Shown in pieces: positions 18,765 to 27,954 of a stretch of DNA of 64,000 nt. The stretch lies in the IMG/VR virus record IMGVR_UViG_3300007747_000151; one strand, 5' to 3'. Positions within the stretch are counted from its first letter, which is position 1, and the number at the start of each line of letters is the position of its first letter. The notes beneath the pieces are model-generated. The model made no database searches. It saw only the letters and a list, made by a program, of their open reading frames with translations, and was not told the DNA's origin. The translations under genes were made by a program, and so were the position numbers. The stretch is from an uncultured virus (IMG/VR IMGVR_UViG_3300007747_000151). Taxonomy: Duplodnaviria > Heunggongvirae > Uroviricota > Caudoviricetes.

Positions 18765-20291
18765 ATGAAACTTACACATAAAAAAAGTGAAAATAATGAT
18801 GTTAATCTGGATGTTAGGGGGATTTTGATTTTCTTCCAGCAAATTTTATTTTGCATATGTGGAAAAACTAAAGCCTCTATTGAGCTAACATTTTCCACAA
18901 TTCTGGCAAGCATGGCTCTGGCCTGTCAGGATATGTATGGTGTTGAAATTGTTGATGGTGTTATCGCACCCGTGTCGCATTTCCACATTAGTTTGGCAAG
19001 ATCGGGAAGCCGAAAAACAACGGTATACAGGGTTGTAATGGCCCAAATTCACCAGTTTGAGCACCAACTGGCCGAGGTATTCTCAGTTAGGCTGAAAGAA
19101 TACGAACGACAATATGTGCTCTGGGATGAAGAATGTAAAAGCCTTAAGAAATCGCTTCAGAAAGCGATACGTCAGAAAGACGGAATAGAAGACGCCAGAC
19201 ACGAGCTGGAGGAATGTCTTAAAAATGAACCTGTAAAGCCTGTGAGAGTGCATTTAACGGTAACCGATCCTACACCGGAAGCGCTTTTGAAAGAAATGAG
19301 CGACTACTCCAGCCTGGGTATCACTTCTGATGAGGGAAGTGCTCTGTTTGAAAGCATCATGCGCCGTAAGGCAGCAAATCTTAGCAGCCTGTGGTGTGGT
19401 GATAATTATCGGGTCAGCCGTGTGTCAACGGGCAGTTCTTACATTAAGGATCCCCGGCTGGGTATGCTATTGATGATGCAGCCGGAACCACATGACAACG
19501 TTCTGAAATCTTTGGCTAACAAAATAAGGGCAACGGGAGGAGATGCGCGTATTTTAAGAATGGATCTTACATTGATCACCAGATTGATTGATATTAATGA
19601 TCTTGTACCTGGCAATGAATCTGATCTCGATAAGTTTTATTCTATTCAAAAAAAACATTTAACTGCCGGGATCGAGCGAAGGAAAAAAAATGAACCCCGC
19701 ATCTGTATGACCTTTGCTCCAGATGCAAAGAAGCGGTTACATGATATTGATAGGCACATCAAATATCTGATACAGCCAGGAAAAAAACTGTATCACTACA
19801 ATGACTGGGGCGCTCGGTTCACCGAACATACAGCCAGGATTGCTGCTGTGATGCAGTTATTTATTACCCCTGACTCAACAGTTATTACGCTGGAAACGCT
19901 GGAAGCTGCACTATTGATATCGGAATGGTACCTTAACCATTTTATGATAAAAATGGATGCTGTCATGGGACCTTCCTATACTGAAATAGTTCTTGAATGG
20001 TTCGAAAACAATCTTGTCAAAAACGGCTCTTACGATTTTTTAAGGCGTGAAATTATGCAAAAAATTTATCTTCCACTCAGAAAAAAAGCAAACCTGATGC
20101 CTATTCTTGAACAGCTTTCTGACGAAGGAAAAGTTCAGTTATGGGAGGATGAAAACGGGACGCATTACGTCAAATATCTTGCTTACGAAATGACGCCTAC
20201 AGAACTGGATGCAAAACTAAATATCCTGTCAGGAAGACCGGCTTATCATAGTGGTGGGAGTGTATTTAGCAGCATGCCCATTAAAGAATAA
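18765..20291 (+). CDS. yfjI: YfjI / DUF3987 family P-loop protein
   Basis: ARSGSRKTT, DPTPEALL, SDEG, MQP and DAR motifs; follows alpA as in CP4-57; RBS AAGGAG. Confidence 0.82.
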   Translation: MKLTHKKSENNDVNLDVRGILIFFQQILFCICGKTKASIELTFSTILASMALACQDMYGVEIVDGVIAPVSHFHISLARSGSRKTTVYRVVMAQIHQFEHQLAEVFSVRLKEYERQYVLWDEECKSLKKSLQKAIRQKDGIEDARHELEECLKNEPVKPVRVHLTVTDPTPEALLKEMSDYSSLGITSDEGSALFESIMRRKAANLSSLWCGDNYRVSRVSTGSSYIKDPRLGMLLMMQPEPHDNVLKSLANKIRATGGDARILRMDLTLITRLIDINDLVPGNESDLDKFYSIQKKHLTAGIERRKKNEPRICMTFAPDAKKRLHDIDRHIKYLIQPGKKLYHYNDWGARFTEHTARIAAVMQLFITPDSTVITLETLEAALLISEWYLNHFMIKMDAVMGPSYTEIVLEWFENNLVKNGSYDFLRREIMQKIYLPLRKKANLMPILEQLSDEGKVQLWEDENGTHYVKYLAYEMTPTELDAKLNILSGRPAYHSGGSVFSSMPIKE

Positions 20292-20544
20292 CTTCAGAGT
20301 GATTTTTATTATTTATTAATGAGTTATTTCGGTATTAACCCATAGTCGGCTGCGGATTATATTGCTGTGAATAAAATTATTTCCAGTTTTGATTGGTCGG
20401 TATATGTAATATATACCAGTTAACTAACCAGCCTTATACACCCAGATACCAGCAGAGATAATCTATCCCTGTTGAGGGTCTGTACACCTAATTACATGGG
20501 TAGCCCACAGCTACCCACAATAAATATCACTTGAGTAATTTATT

Positions 20545-21225
20545 ATGAGATCACTTGATGGGTTATCTGAAAAAGAATTTGAATATCTTCTACTGGATGC
20601 AGAAAATAAATATAGCTCCCGGATGTCGCGATATATGCTTCGTCGCTCGCTTGCGGTGGTATATGATTTTCTTGAGAAGAATAACCGCATATTCGCCGTG
20701 TTTGCTGTCCTGAGATTTGCTCAGTCCCATGCTGCCGGTGAACCTGATTTACCATTGTGTTTTCAGAGAGATGATGAGAAGGCTATCACCCGAGCCTTAA
20801 ACTCCCTGAAAAGCCAGCTACGGGCTGAGCACCTGCGTTCAGGCAGGGCTGGTGAACCTGCATTACCCGCTTATATCTGGGCCCGAGAACGTAATACCAG
20901 CGAACATCCCCACTACCACTTAGTTCTGTTGTTTGACAGAGAGGTCTATGCTTATCTGGGGAATTACACCGAACCTGATGCTGATAATATGGCGACTCGT
21001 ATTCAGAAAGCTTGGTGCAGCGCTATTGGACTTGATTATCTCGATTACGCCAGTCTGGTTCATTTCCCGAAGAACCACACTGCCTGGTTCACACGACACC
21101 ACGCATTAACGTTAAGCCCTGATTATTATGACTTCCTGCTACGGGTCGCTTACCTGGCAAAGAACAACACCAAACATTTTAGTGACGGTTACCGGAACTT
21201 AGGCACAAGTCAGATAACGTCATAG
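20545..21225 (+). CDS. YagK/YfjJ (Inovirus Gp2-like) HUH-motif protein
   Basis: YIWARE...HPHYHLVLLF HUH motif; RVAYLAK tyrosine motif. Confidence 0.8.
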   Translation: MRSLDGLSEKEFEYLLLDAENKYSSRMSRYMLRRSLAVVYDFLEKNNRIFAVFAVLRFAQSHAAGEPDLPLCFQRDDEKAITRALNSLKSQLRAEHLRSGRAGEPALPAYIWARERNTSEHPHYHLVLLFDREVYAYLGNYTEPDADNMATRIQKAWCSAIGLDYLDYASLVHFPKNHTAWFTRHHALTLSPDYYDFLLRVAYLAKNNTKHFSDGYRNLGTSQITS

Positions 21226-21384
21226 CCACTGTAAGGCCAGTAGAACCTCAGTTGCAGATTTGCCGATATAAGCGCAGATCTGCACTCTTATCCTGGTTCT
21301 ATGTTTACCATCAGCCAACAAGCTGGCGATAATCACATTCCATCTCATCGACGAAATCATCACCGATTGTCGGAAATCCAAAGA

Positions 21385-21783
21385 TTAAACGTTCCTCCCT
21401 TGAATTCTAAATAAATTATAGAGATAGCTGTCCTTTCGGTGAGCGACGTGAACAGGCACAAATGACCTGCTTCTTACGATATCTTCGTTTAGTTTACTGG
21501 CGTTGATGATGTTGTATTGATCCCCAGTGATATCAATAACGTAATCCCCCACTTCCAGCCAGTAGTGAGTTATCGCGCCATTTTTACCGGTGGCTCCTGT
21601 GACACCCATCAATTCCAGCTCGGGCCATAGTTGCAGAAAGTGGAAGGAAAGCAGCATTGAGCAAAGCCTGCAACTCATGACAGGAAAGTCGTGAGGTATG
21701 AGGTAGGTTGTTGATGGATCACATTTTTCGAGTAGCTCTCGAAATCTACTCGCCTCTTCATGTGCTGCCCGAAGGGTAAACAA
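21385..21783 (-). CDS. Hypothetical protein with Cys/His/Asp (transglutaminase/papain-like) pattern; C-terminus possibly frameshifted
   Basis: FPVMSCRLCS...THYWLEV..YVIDITGDQY; the alternative frame from ~21397 stays open to 21311. Confidence 0.55.
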   Translation of the reverse strand: MFTLRAAHEEASRFRELLEKCDPSTTYLIPHDFPVMSCRLCSMLLSFHFLQLWPELELMGVTGATGKNGAITHYWLEVGDYVIDITGDQYNIINASKLNEDIVRSRSFVPVHVAHRKDSYLYNLFRIQGRNV

Positions 21784-22076
21784 AATTATTCCCCTGATTT
21801 ATTATATGAGTGTCTGGAAGCACCCGTACCAATGGAAGGCTGGTTTATCAGGTATTAGAGGTTGCAGCCAGAACATAATCTCCCATGCCTGCATCATTTG
21901 GCGTCATTCAACAAGTCTGTACGATTGCAGGCTGCTTCACATTTATTTCTGATAGTATGAGCCAATGCTCGTCCGGTCAAATCATGCATGTAGCCCAAGA
22001 AATAAGATATTTTAAAACAGGATTGCGTCATTACCACACACTCCTGTTTTTTGCTTTTGTGGATTAAGAATTTCTC

Positions 22077-23318
22077 CTATCCAGTGAGCTTTAATGTTGT
22101 AAATTCAACTTCAGTGAGGCTATCACTATCTGCCTTTTTCACAAAGTCAGCCCACCATTGCATCATTGGACGACGTTGCTCTAGGTAGTCGCTACGATTA
22201 TAAGCTCGCCGAACCTCATTTTTGTCAACATGAGCCAATGCTGCTTCAATAACATCAGGCGGAAATCCCTGCTCATTGAGAGCAGTGCTGGCGATAGAAC
22301 GCAAGCCATGAGAAACGAGAACGCCTCCTAATCCAGCACGCTTGAGTGCTGCATTCACTGTTTGGCTGTTCATCGGCTGGGTTGGTTTGATGCGACTGGG
22401 AAAGATAAATTCTCGGCCACCACTGAGAGACTTCATCATTTCCAGAATAGCGAGAGCTCCATCAGATAATGGAACCGTATGGTCCCGGTTCATCTTCATT
22501 CGAGCAGCAGGAATTTTCCATTCGCTAGCATCAAAATCGATCTCATCCCATCGAGCTTCAGCGGCTTCGGCAGGGCGGGTAATGGTGAGAAGCTGCCACA
22601 TGAACAGGCATCGTGTGGACAGGCTGATACTTGCCGTGCGCATAGTCTGCATTAGTTGTGGAAGTTGATCCGGGCGGATACTAGGCATGTTTTTCTTCTG
22701 CGGTTTCTCGAACGCTTTCCCGATGTTTACGCTGGGAACTGCATCAATCAAGCCTGTGTTCTGCGCATAAATCATAACTTCGTTAATACGCTGACAAAGG
22801 CGGCGAACAGTCTCTAATGCACCTCTGGCCTGAACCGGCTGAACTGCTTTAACCAGAGTATGAGCCTTAATCTCAGTGACACTGATATCACCGATTGCCG
22901 GGAAAACATCTCTCTCAAGCGAGCGCCAGATATCGTCGGCATAGTCCTCTGTTACGCTGGTTTTCTTCACATTCCACCAACGCTCGGCAACTAACAAGAA
23001 GGTATTGGTTTTGGCCTCTTGAGAATTCCTCACCTGTTCTTTCTGATGCTCCTGAGGATCAATGTCTTTTGCTAATAAAACTCGAGAGTCAGCTCTTAGT
23101 TTACGCGCATCAGAAAGTGAGACGGCAGGGTAGGCTCCAAAGCTCTGCTTGGTTCGCTGCTTTGTCAGAGGTCGATAGTAACGGAACTGCCATAGCTTAC
23201 TACCACTGGACTTGATTAGCAGAGTAAGCCCGTCACCATCATACAGCTGGTAATCGGCATCTTTAGGTTTGGCGGCTTTGATTTCCGTATCGGTTAACGG
23301 CTTGGTTTTTCTTGCCAT
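22077..23318 (-). CDS. intA: CP4-57-type P4-family integrase
   Basis: 413 aa starting MARKTKPLTDTEIKAAKPKDADYQLYDGDGL; catalytic R (TRPAEA), HGLR, LAH, AY. Confidence 0.95.
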   Translation of the reverse strand: MARKTKPLTDTEIKAAKPKDADYQLYDGDGLTLLIKSSGSKLWQFRYYRPLTKQRTKQSFGAYPAVSLSDARKLRADSRVLLAKDIDPQEHQKEQVRNSQEAKTNTFLLVAERWWNVKKTSVTEDYADDIWRSLERDVFPAIGDISVTEIKAHTLVKAVQPVQARGALETVRRLCQRINEVMIYAQNTGLIDAVPSVNIGKAFEKPQKKNMPSIRPDQLPQLMQTMRTASISLSTRCLFMWQLLTITRPAEAAEARWDEIDFDASEWKIPAARMKMNRDHTVPLSDGALAILEMMKSLSGGREFIFPSRIKPTQPMNSQTVNAALKRAGLGGVLVSHGLRSIASTALNEQGFPPDVIEAALAHVDKNEVRRAYNRSDYLEQRRPMMQWWADFVKKADSDSLTEVEFTTLKLTG

Positions 23319-23412
23319 GGTGAGTCTCCATGCGTTTAGGCCCAACGAAAACAATAGAGCTTTTCGTTGGGCCTATCAATGGGCCTAAAAGGTTCGGATT
23401 TAATTAGTTCTC

Positions 23413-23443
23413 TGGAGCTGGCGGGAGTTGAACCCGCATCCGA
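23413..23443 (-). other. ssrA: Displaced 3' fragment of tmRNA (att core; prophage left boundary)
   Basis: Minus strand TCGGATGCGGGTTCAACTCCCGCCAGCTCCA matches the enterobacterial ssrA 3' end, lacking the final CCA. Confidence 0.88.
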
Positions 23444-23468
23444 GATATTTTAACTATCTGTTTTTTAT

Positions 23469-24254
23469 TTAACTATTTTCTTTAATGAACCGCGCGTAGC
23501 TTTTACGTATCCTTTGTAGTACTTGCCTGGTCATACTTTGGTCTACAACATCAAAAAGAACTGTACCACTGTAGTTATTATGATAAAGATGTGGAGAGAT
23601 CTCCTTCACTATTAACTTACTATCATACTTTATTGAGAATTTTGTTCCCTCAACATCATAGTATGTTATTTTTAATGATGGTCCTTGAATGTCTTTGTCT
23701 AATATTCCATTAATTAAGGCGAGGAAGTTGGTTTCATTTAACATTGTGTTTAAAATGAGTTGTGGGATGTTTGCAATTACTGGTTTTTTTGCAATGTTTA
23801 AAGGTAATATGTAATTCAGATTGTGGATATTTTCTTGAGTCCATATTACGGTATTGCCACCACCTGTGATGTTGAAAGAGCTTTTATCTATGCCGTGTGA
23901 TGATGAAATTGTTATTGAAAATGCCTTGTTTATTTTATTTAAGTTTTCTTTTAGCCATTTTAATTTTTCTAATTGAGGGTATGACCACTCAATTTTTATA
24001 TTGAGTGCAGATCCCAAGCCAGCATTTATAATTGCTGGGCCAAGTTCTGAATTATCTAACCCTTCAAATGGCCTAGCGGTATAATTATTTTTGCTTAGCT
24101 TGTTTAACTTTATTTCAAAGTTATTTAAAATGAGCTGCGGTTTAATAGATGTTTTTCTTTGTATTATAGTCTGTCTAATAGCTAGATAAGCAGCAACGGC
24201 TGAGCACGCACTAGCTATGAATCCACCAATTCCGATCCAACTCGGTTCTGCCAT
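23469..24254 (-). CDS. AT-rich moron with N-terminal membrane anchor
   Basis: 261 aa; WIGIGGFIASACSAVAAYLAI hydrophobic segment; between int and att. Confidence 0.75.
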   Translation of the reverse strand: MAEPSWIGIGGFIASACSAVAAYLAIRQTIIQRKTSIKPQLILNNFEIKLNKLSKNNYTARPFEGLDNSELGPAIINAGLGSALNIKIEWSYPQLEKLKWLKENLNKINKAFSITISSSHGIDKSSFNITGGGNTVIWTQENIHNLNYILPLNIAKKPVIANIPQLILNTMLNETNFLALINGILDKDIQGPSLKITYYDVEGTKFSIKYDSKLIVKEISPHLYHNNYSGTVLFDVVDQSMTRQVLQRIRKSYARFIKENS

Positions 24255-24296
24255 TTTTAAGTCCCTGCTTCGTTATGAAACAGGGATTATTTTCCA

Positions 24297-25469
24297 TTAC
24301 AAATTTTTTTTCAATGAGTTCACAGAGGTATTGTTGTCATATTCCTTCAAATACATTCCATAATGCCTGAACAGCATCTCCGGTCCTTTATGGCCCATCT
24401 GTGATGCCAGCCAGAATAGGTTAGCGCCATGGCTAATATGTCGGGTCGCGAACGTATGCCTGGTCTGGTATGGATTACGATATCTGATCCCAGCTTTACG
24501 CAACGTTGGAACCCAGGCTTTCTTTCTGATCGCATCGGCACCGGCCCAGGGATTTTCGGTCTTTGGATCCTCAAAAACCATCGCATCTTTCATAAATGTG
24601 AAAGGTTTCTGGTAAGCCAGTGCATACAGCGCTTCATCTGTTAACTCGATTTTACGTGTACCTGCTTTTGTTTTCGTCCCTTTAATAACACCCACGACGC
24701 TCGCATTCTGAACATGTGCAGTCTTCCCGATGAAATCGATATCGCACCAGCGAAGCGCGCAGAGTTCAGAGCTACGCATTCCCGTTTCAATTGCAAACCG
24801 AAACAGGTTTTCCCATTGCTTATTACCAGCAGCATGCAGAAGTGCTTCAACCTCGGCCGGCGAAAGCGGGTCAACAATGTAATCACTTTCTTCATCAGTT
24901 TTACTGCTCTGGTAGCGTGAGGCTGTCACCAGTGAGACTGGGTTAATCTGCAAAACACCATCAGTCACTGCTTCATCCAAAGCAGAACGTAGGAATGACA
25001 GTTGGTTTCGGATAGTTTTCAATGTCGTTTTCTGGCTCTGGATCCATGTCTTCAATGCTGCCGGCGTCAACTCACTTGCAGGAAAAATATGAAGTGATGA
25101 CAGTGCGCTTCGGCATTTCTTGTATCCACCAATTGTTGAAGGGGATAGTTTCCTCGTTTCGCATATCATCAGATACTCGTCCAAGTACATCTTCACCGTT
25201 TTGCCTGTGGCAGCGTTACCGAAAATTTTTAACCGGGCAGAACGGGGAAAATATTCTGCATATACAAATGTCCCCCTTTCGATCTTGTTATGGATTTCGC
25301 CGAGTGTGCGCTCGGCATATTTGATATTTTTAGGGCTTACGTCCAGATTAGAAAGGGGTTCACGACATTTAACCCCCTTATAAGTGAAGGTAATATTGAT
25401 GGTTTCACCGTTCCGATGTTTCCTGATGGTTACGCCGCGCGGGAGTTTAGGCGATTCTGTCGCGCCCAT
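24297..25469 (-). CDS. int: Prophage tyrosine integrase with DUF3596-type arm domain
   Basis: ITFTYKGVKCRE arm domain; TGMRSSEL, YQTRHTFAT, QMGH, HY motifs. Confidence 0.95.
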   Translation of the reverse strand: MGATESPKLPRGVTIRKHRNGETINITFTYKGVKCREPLSNLDVSPKNIKYAERTLGEIHNKIERGTFVYAEYFPRSARLKIFGNAATGKTVKMYLDEYLMICETRKLSPSTIGGYKKCRSALSSLHIFPASELTPAALKTWIQSQKTTLKTIRNQLSFLRSALDEAVTDGVLQINPVSLVTASRYQSSKTDEESDYIVDPLSPAEVEALLHAAGNKQWENLFRFAIETGMRSSELCALRWCDIDFIGKTAHVQNASVVGVIKGTKTKAGTRKIELTDEALYALAYQKPFTFMKDAMVFEDPKTENPWAGADAIRKKAWVPTLRKAGIRYRNPYQTRHTFATRHISHGANLFWLASQMGHKGPEMLFRHYGMYLKEYDNNTSVNSLKKNL

Positions 25470-25648
25470 TTTGCAACCTCACTAAGATCTATCCATCTCT
25501 CCTTAACGCCTTCGACTTTCAGCACCTGAACACCTTCACGCCATACACCGCGCTGTACGCGCTTATTTATGGCATCAGGAGTTTCGCCAGTCTCTTTGCA
25601 ATAAGTTGAGATGGGAACACAATCGAGGCTCAGCATATATTTCTCCAT
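25430..25648 (-). CDS. xis: Excisionase
   Basis: Small basic winged-helix-like ORF (GVWREGVQVLK...RWIDL) overlapping the int start. Confidence 0.8.
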   Translation of the reverse strand: MEKYMLSLDCVPISTYCKETGETPDAINKRVQRGVWREGVQVLKVEGVKERWIDLSEVAKWARQNRLNSRAA

Positions 25649-25680
25649 TTAGCCTAGCTGCACCTAGGCTATTTATTCAG

Positions 25681-26385
25681 TTATACAATCTTCGTGTCAC
25701 TTAGATGAATTTTGGCATCATTTGAGTGAACATATATTTGTTTCATCAATAACTCTAGAATGTCTAATGAAAAAAGTAGTTGCTGTCTAGATGGTTTGAA
25801 AGAATCATGTGCTGATTTATTATATAGTTTCCGCAATGAGTGAAGAATTTCCTTACCATCACTACTTATTTTCCCTTCAAGGAAAAGTTTGTCGATCTTT
25901 TTAGCTAAGTTGTCAGCCTCTATGTTTTCTTCTTTGCAAATGGTCTCTATTAATCCACGAATCCCTATTCCTGCGATGGTAAAGCAATTGTTATTTATTG
26001 CAGTAATTGTCTCGCTATATAAATCATTGAGAGCAATAGGTAATCGATATGAATTCTCGAATTTGGTTAGCTCTTCGCGCTTTGGATAAAACTCGGTTCT
26101 TACAATCGGTTCTAATTTCATATAATCTACTTCTTCAGTATTGGATTTCTCAACCATCAATGTGGGTTGCATACATCCTTGACATTGTAGAATTTCGAAA
26201 ATCTCATATCCTGTTATTGAATTGTCATATTCGTCATCTTGATGGTGGGTTTCACTAAAATTAACCTTAACCAAGGAGCTGTGATTCGTTATACGGCCAC
26301 AAACATGACACTCTATTGACTTTTGGATTAATTTATCTGTCTGTATGTTGGGGGAGGCCCAGGTGACACTATTCATATTATGCAC
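25681..26385 (-). CDS. DUF4145 (HEPN-like) protein with N-terminal Zn ribbon
   Basis: CHVC/CQGC pairs; GIRGLIETIC...LAKKIDKL...LRKLYNKSAH; AT-rich. Confidence 0.75.
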   Translation of the reverse strand: MHNMNSVTWASPNIQTDKLIQKSIECHVCGRITNHSSLVKVNFSETHHQDDEYDNSITGYEIFEILQCQGCMQPTLMVEKSNTEEVDYMKLEPIVRTEFYPKREELTKFENSYRLPIALNDLYSETITAINNNCFTIAGIGIRGLIETICKEENIEADNLAKKIDKLFLEGKISSDGKEILHSLRKLYNKSAHDSFKPSRQQLLFSLDILELLMKQIYVHSNDAKIHLSDTKIV

Positions 26386-26496
26386 TCTCTGTTATTTTGA
26401 CCATATCAGCTATAAGACTTCATTTTTATATGAAAATCTCCGAAAGATAAACTATTGATTTTGATTATATTGATATTCAACACAGTTAGTAATCAC

Positions 26497-26706
26497 TCAA
26501 CATATTGAATATGTATCCTTGCATCCACATAAAGTTTTTAACTCCTCAGCCATCTCTCTGTTCTGCTCCATCGCTTCTTGCAGTGCGGTACAGATAACGT
26601 CCAGTTGAGTAGCGACATCACGCATCAGTTTTGCCTCTGCTGGTGGCAAACCCTGTGATGCGGCATAAGCTGCCGCAACGAGGTCTTTTACTTTTACGTG
26701 TGCCAT
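26497..26706 (-). CDS. Small phage early protein (coiled coil)
   Basis: 69 aa, start abuts the stop of the HD-domain gene. Confidence 0.6.
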   Translation of the reverse strand: MAHVKVKDLVAAAYAASQGLPPAEAKLMRDVATQLDVICTALQEAMEQNREMAEELKTLCGCKDTYSIC

Positions 26707-27233
26707 TAGCGCCGCTCCATCAGCTGGTTAAAGCGGTTCATGAACATGCTGTAAGACTGCCCAGGGCGGACCGGGTTAATAATGAATTGGTCGGTAGGAA
26801 TAATTCCATCGAGCATAGGCCAGTGAGTGCCGTCGTCGATCTCGAAGTCACGGCGTTCGCTGGCCAGCATGACTAGGTCGGCATATTTAACGGTAGGGTG
26901 CTGCTCCGCCGGCAGACCAAACTTTTTGCTGATCGCCGCATCAACACGTGCTTCTATCACCTGATAGTCGGGCAGCAATCGCTTGAGTGGTGCAGGGATG
27001 TCTTGCATATAAGCCTCTGCCGCGTCATGCAGTAAAGCCTCGAGTGCGAACTCCTGCGGCACAAGGTGGCTAACCAGAACGCTATGTTGCCCCACGCTGT
27101 AGAATTCCGGCAGATGGCCGGCAAAGCGGCAGATGTGCGAGAGGGCTGTTGCAATGTCCTCAATGACGATAGCGTCCTCTTGAATATCGTTATAGTTAAA
27201 GTGCTTGCCAGACAGTGTTTGAATAAAGCTCAT
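26706..27233 (-). CDS. yfdR: HD-domain 5'-deoxynucleotidase-like protein (YfdR family)
   Basis: IEDIATALSHICRFAGH...YSVGQHSV...LLHDAAEAY.DIP.PLK. Confidence 0.85.
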   Translation of the reverse strand: MSFIQTLSGKHFNYNDIQEDAIVIEDIATALSHICRFAGHLPEFYSVGQHSVLVSHLVPQEFALEALLHDAAEAYMQDIPAPLKRLLPDYQVIEARVDAAISKKFGLPAEQHPTVKYADLVMLASERRDFEIDDGTHWPMLDGIIPTDQFIINPVRPGQSYSMFMNRFNQLMERR

Positions 27234-27362
27234 CGTATTTCTCCGTTTAATAGCGCTCTGCACAGCGCTGAATTTTGGGTGTAGAAATCCCTCGCCAGGT
27301 GGCGATTAATTGCAGGATTACGCTTTAATAAATCCCCGCGCCGGGGATTTAATGGAGAGCAA

Positions 27363-27443
27363 TCAGGCTTTAAAGTTGTCGATAAAGGTTTCCACCAATT
27401 CGCCCTGCAAATCCGGAACATTAGTCATACGATCATTGTTCAT
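27363..27443 (-). pseudogene. Deletion scar fusing a yfdP-like start to a yfdQ-like end
   Basis: RBS-preceded 26-aa MNNDRMTNVPD-LQGELVETFIDNFKA; the halves resemble my recollection of the YfdP N-terminus and YfdQ C-terminus. Confidence 0.6.
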
Positions 27444-27493
27444 AGCACTACCTCTTAGTTAGGGCGGCTGCCACCGCCGACAGTTTCTCCATA

Positions 27494-27604
27494 CACAACA
27501 GGGAAGAGCACCAGTTCAGAGCCTGAAGGAGAGAGGGTCCGCGCTTTGAATACGGATCCGGTCAGGGTTAGTTCCCGGCGCCGGTGGTGCTCTTTCCTGT
27601 TGTG
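27494..27604. repeat. Long inverted repeat in the PL transcript (RNase III-type stem)
   Basis: CACAACAGGGAAGAGCACCA / TGGTGCTCTTTCCTGTTGTG, 19 of 20 complementary. Confidence 0.7.
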
Positions 27605-27778
27605 AAAAAACAGGGCCCATCGGGGAGACTGGGCAAAGACTACACACAGCAATTTGAGTTGTGGCGGTGGTGCCTCCACCTGCCGGAACGGCCACTCCCG
27701 GCGACGACACTTAACAAAACGACTATTCATTTCAAAAGTTAAATGAATGGCCACGCCGCGAGCGCTGAGCCGCATTAC

Positions 27779-27853
27779 CACAACTGGAAGCGCACTCCTT
27801 CAGTTACAAACCGATCCCCACCGGAAAGACGGGGAATGCGCTTTCATGTTGTG
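27779..27853. repeat. Second related inverted repeat in the PL transcript
   Basis: CACAACTGGAAGCGCACTCC / GGAATGCGCTTTCATGTTGTG. Confidence 0.65.
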
Positions 27854-27954
27854 TGCCTGCTTTTTCCACATCAGGCGAGGTGGATCCTGGTTATTCCCCG
27901 ACAACAAGAATTCGGTTAATCTAGATATCCCTAATAACAAAAAGAGCATTTACA

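Larger units (their letters stand above)
1248..23412. mobile_element. CP4-57-like integrative island at the ssrA locus
   Basis: intA, alpA, yfjI, yfjJ-like, yfjP/Q/R, klcA, radC, cbeA/cbtA in CP4-57-like order; arm-like TTGGTCCC repeats at ~1303-1325; boundaries approximate. Confidence 0.85.

Noticed and set aside
23413..23443. Complete tRNA or tmRNA gene
   Set aside because: Only about 30 nt of the T-arm/acceptor end are present; upstream sequence is phage-derived.
27514..27584. tRNA-like element in the hairpin loop
   Set aside because: Contains a TTCAAA-like loop on one strand, but I could not fold a cloverleaf with D-arm and anticodon arm.
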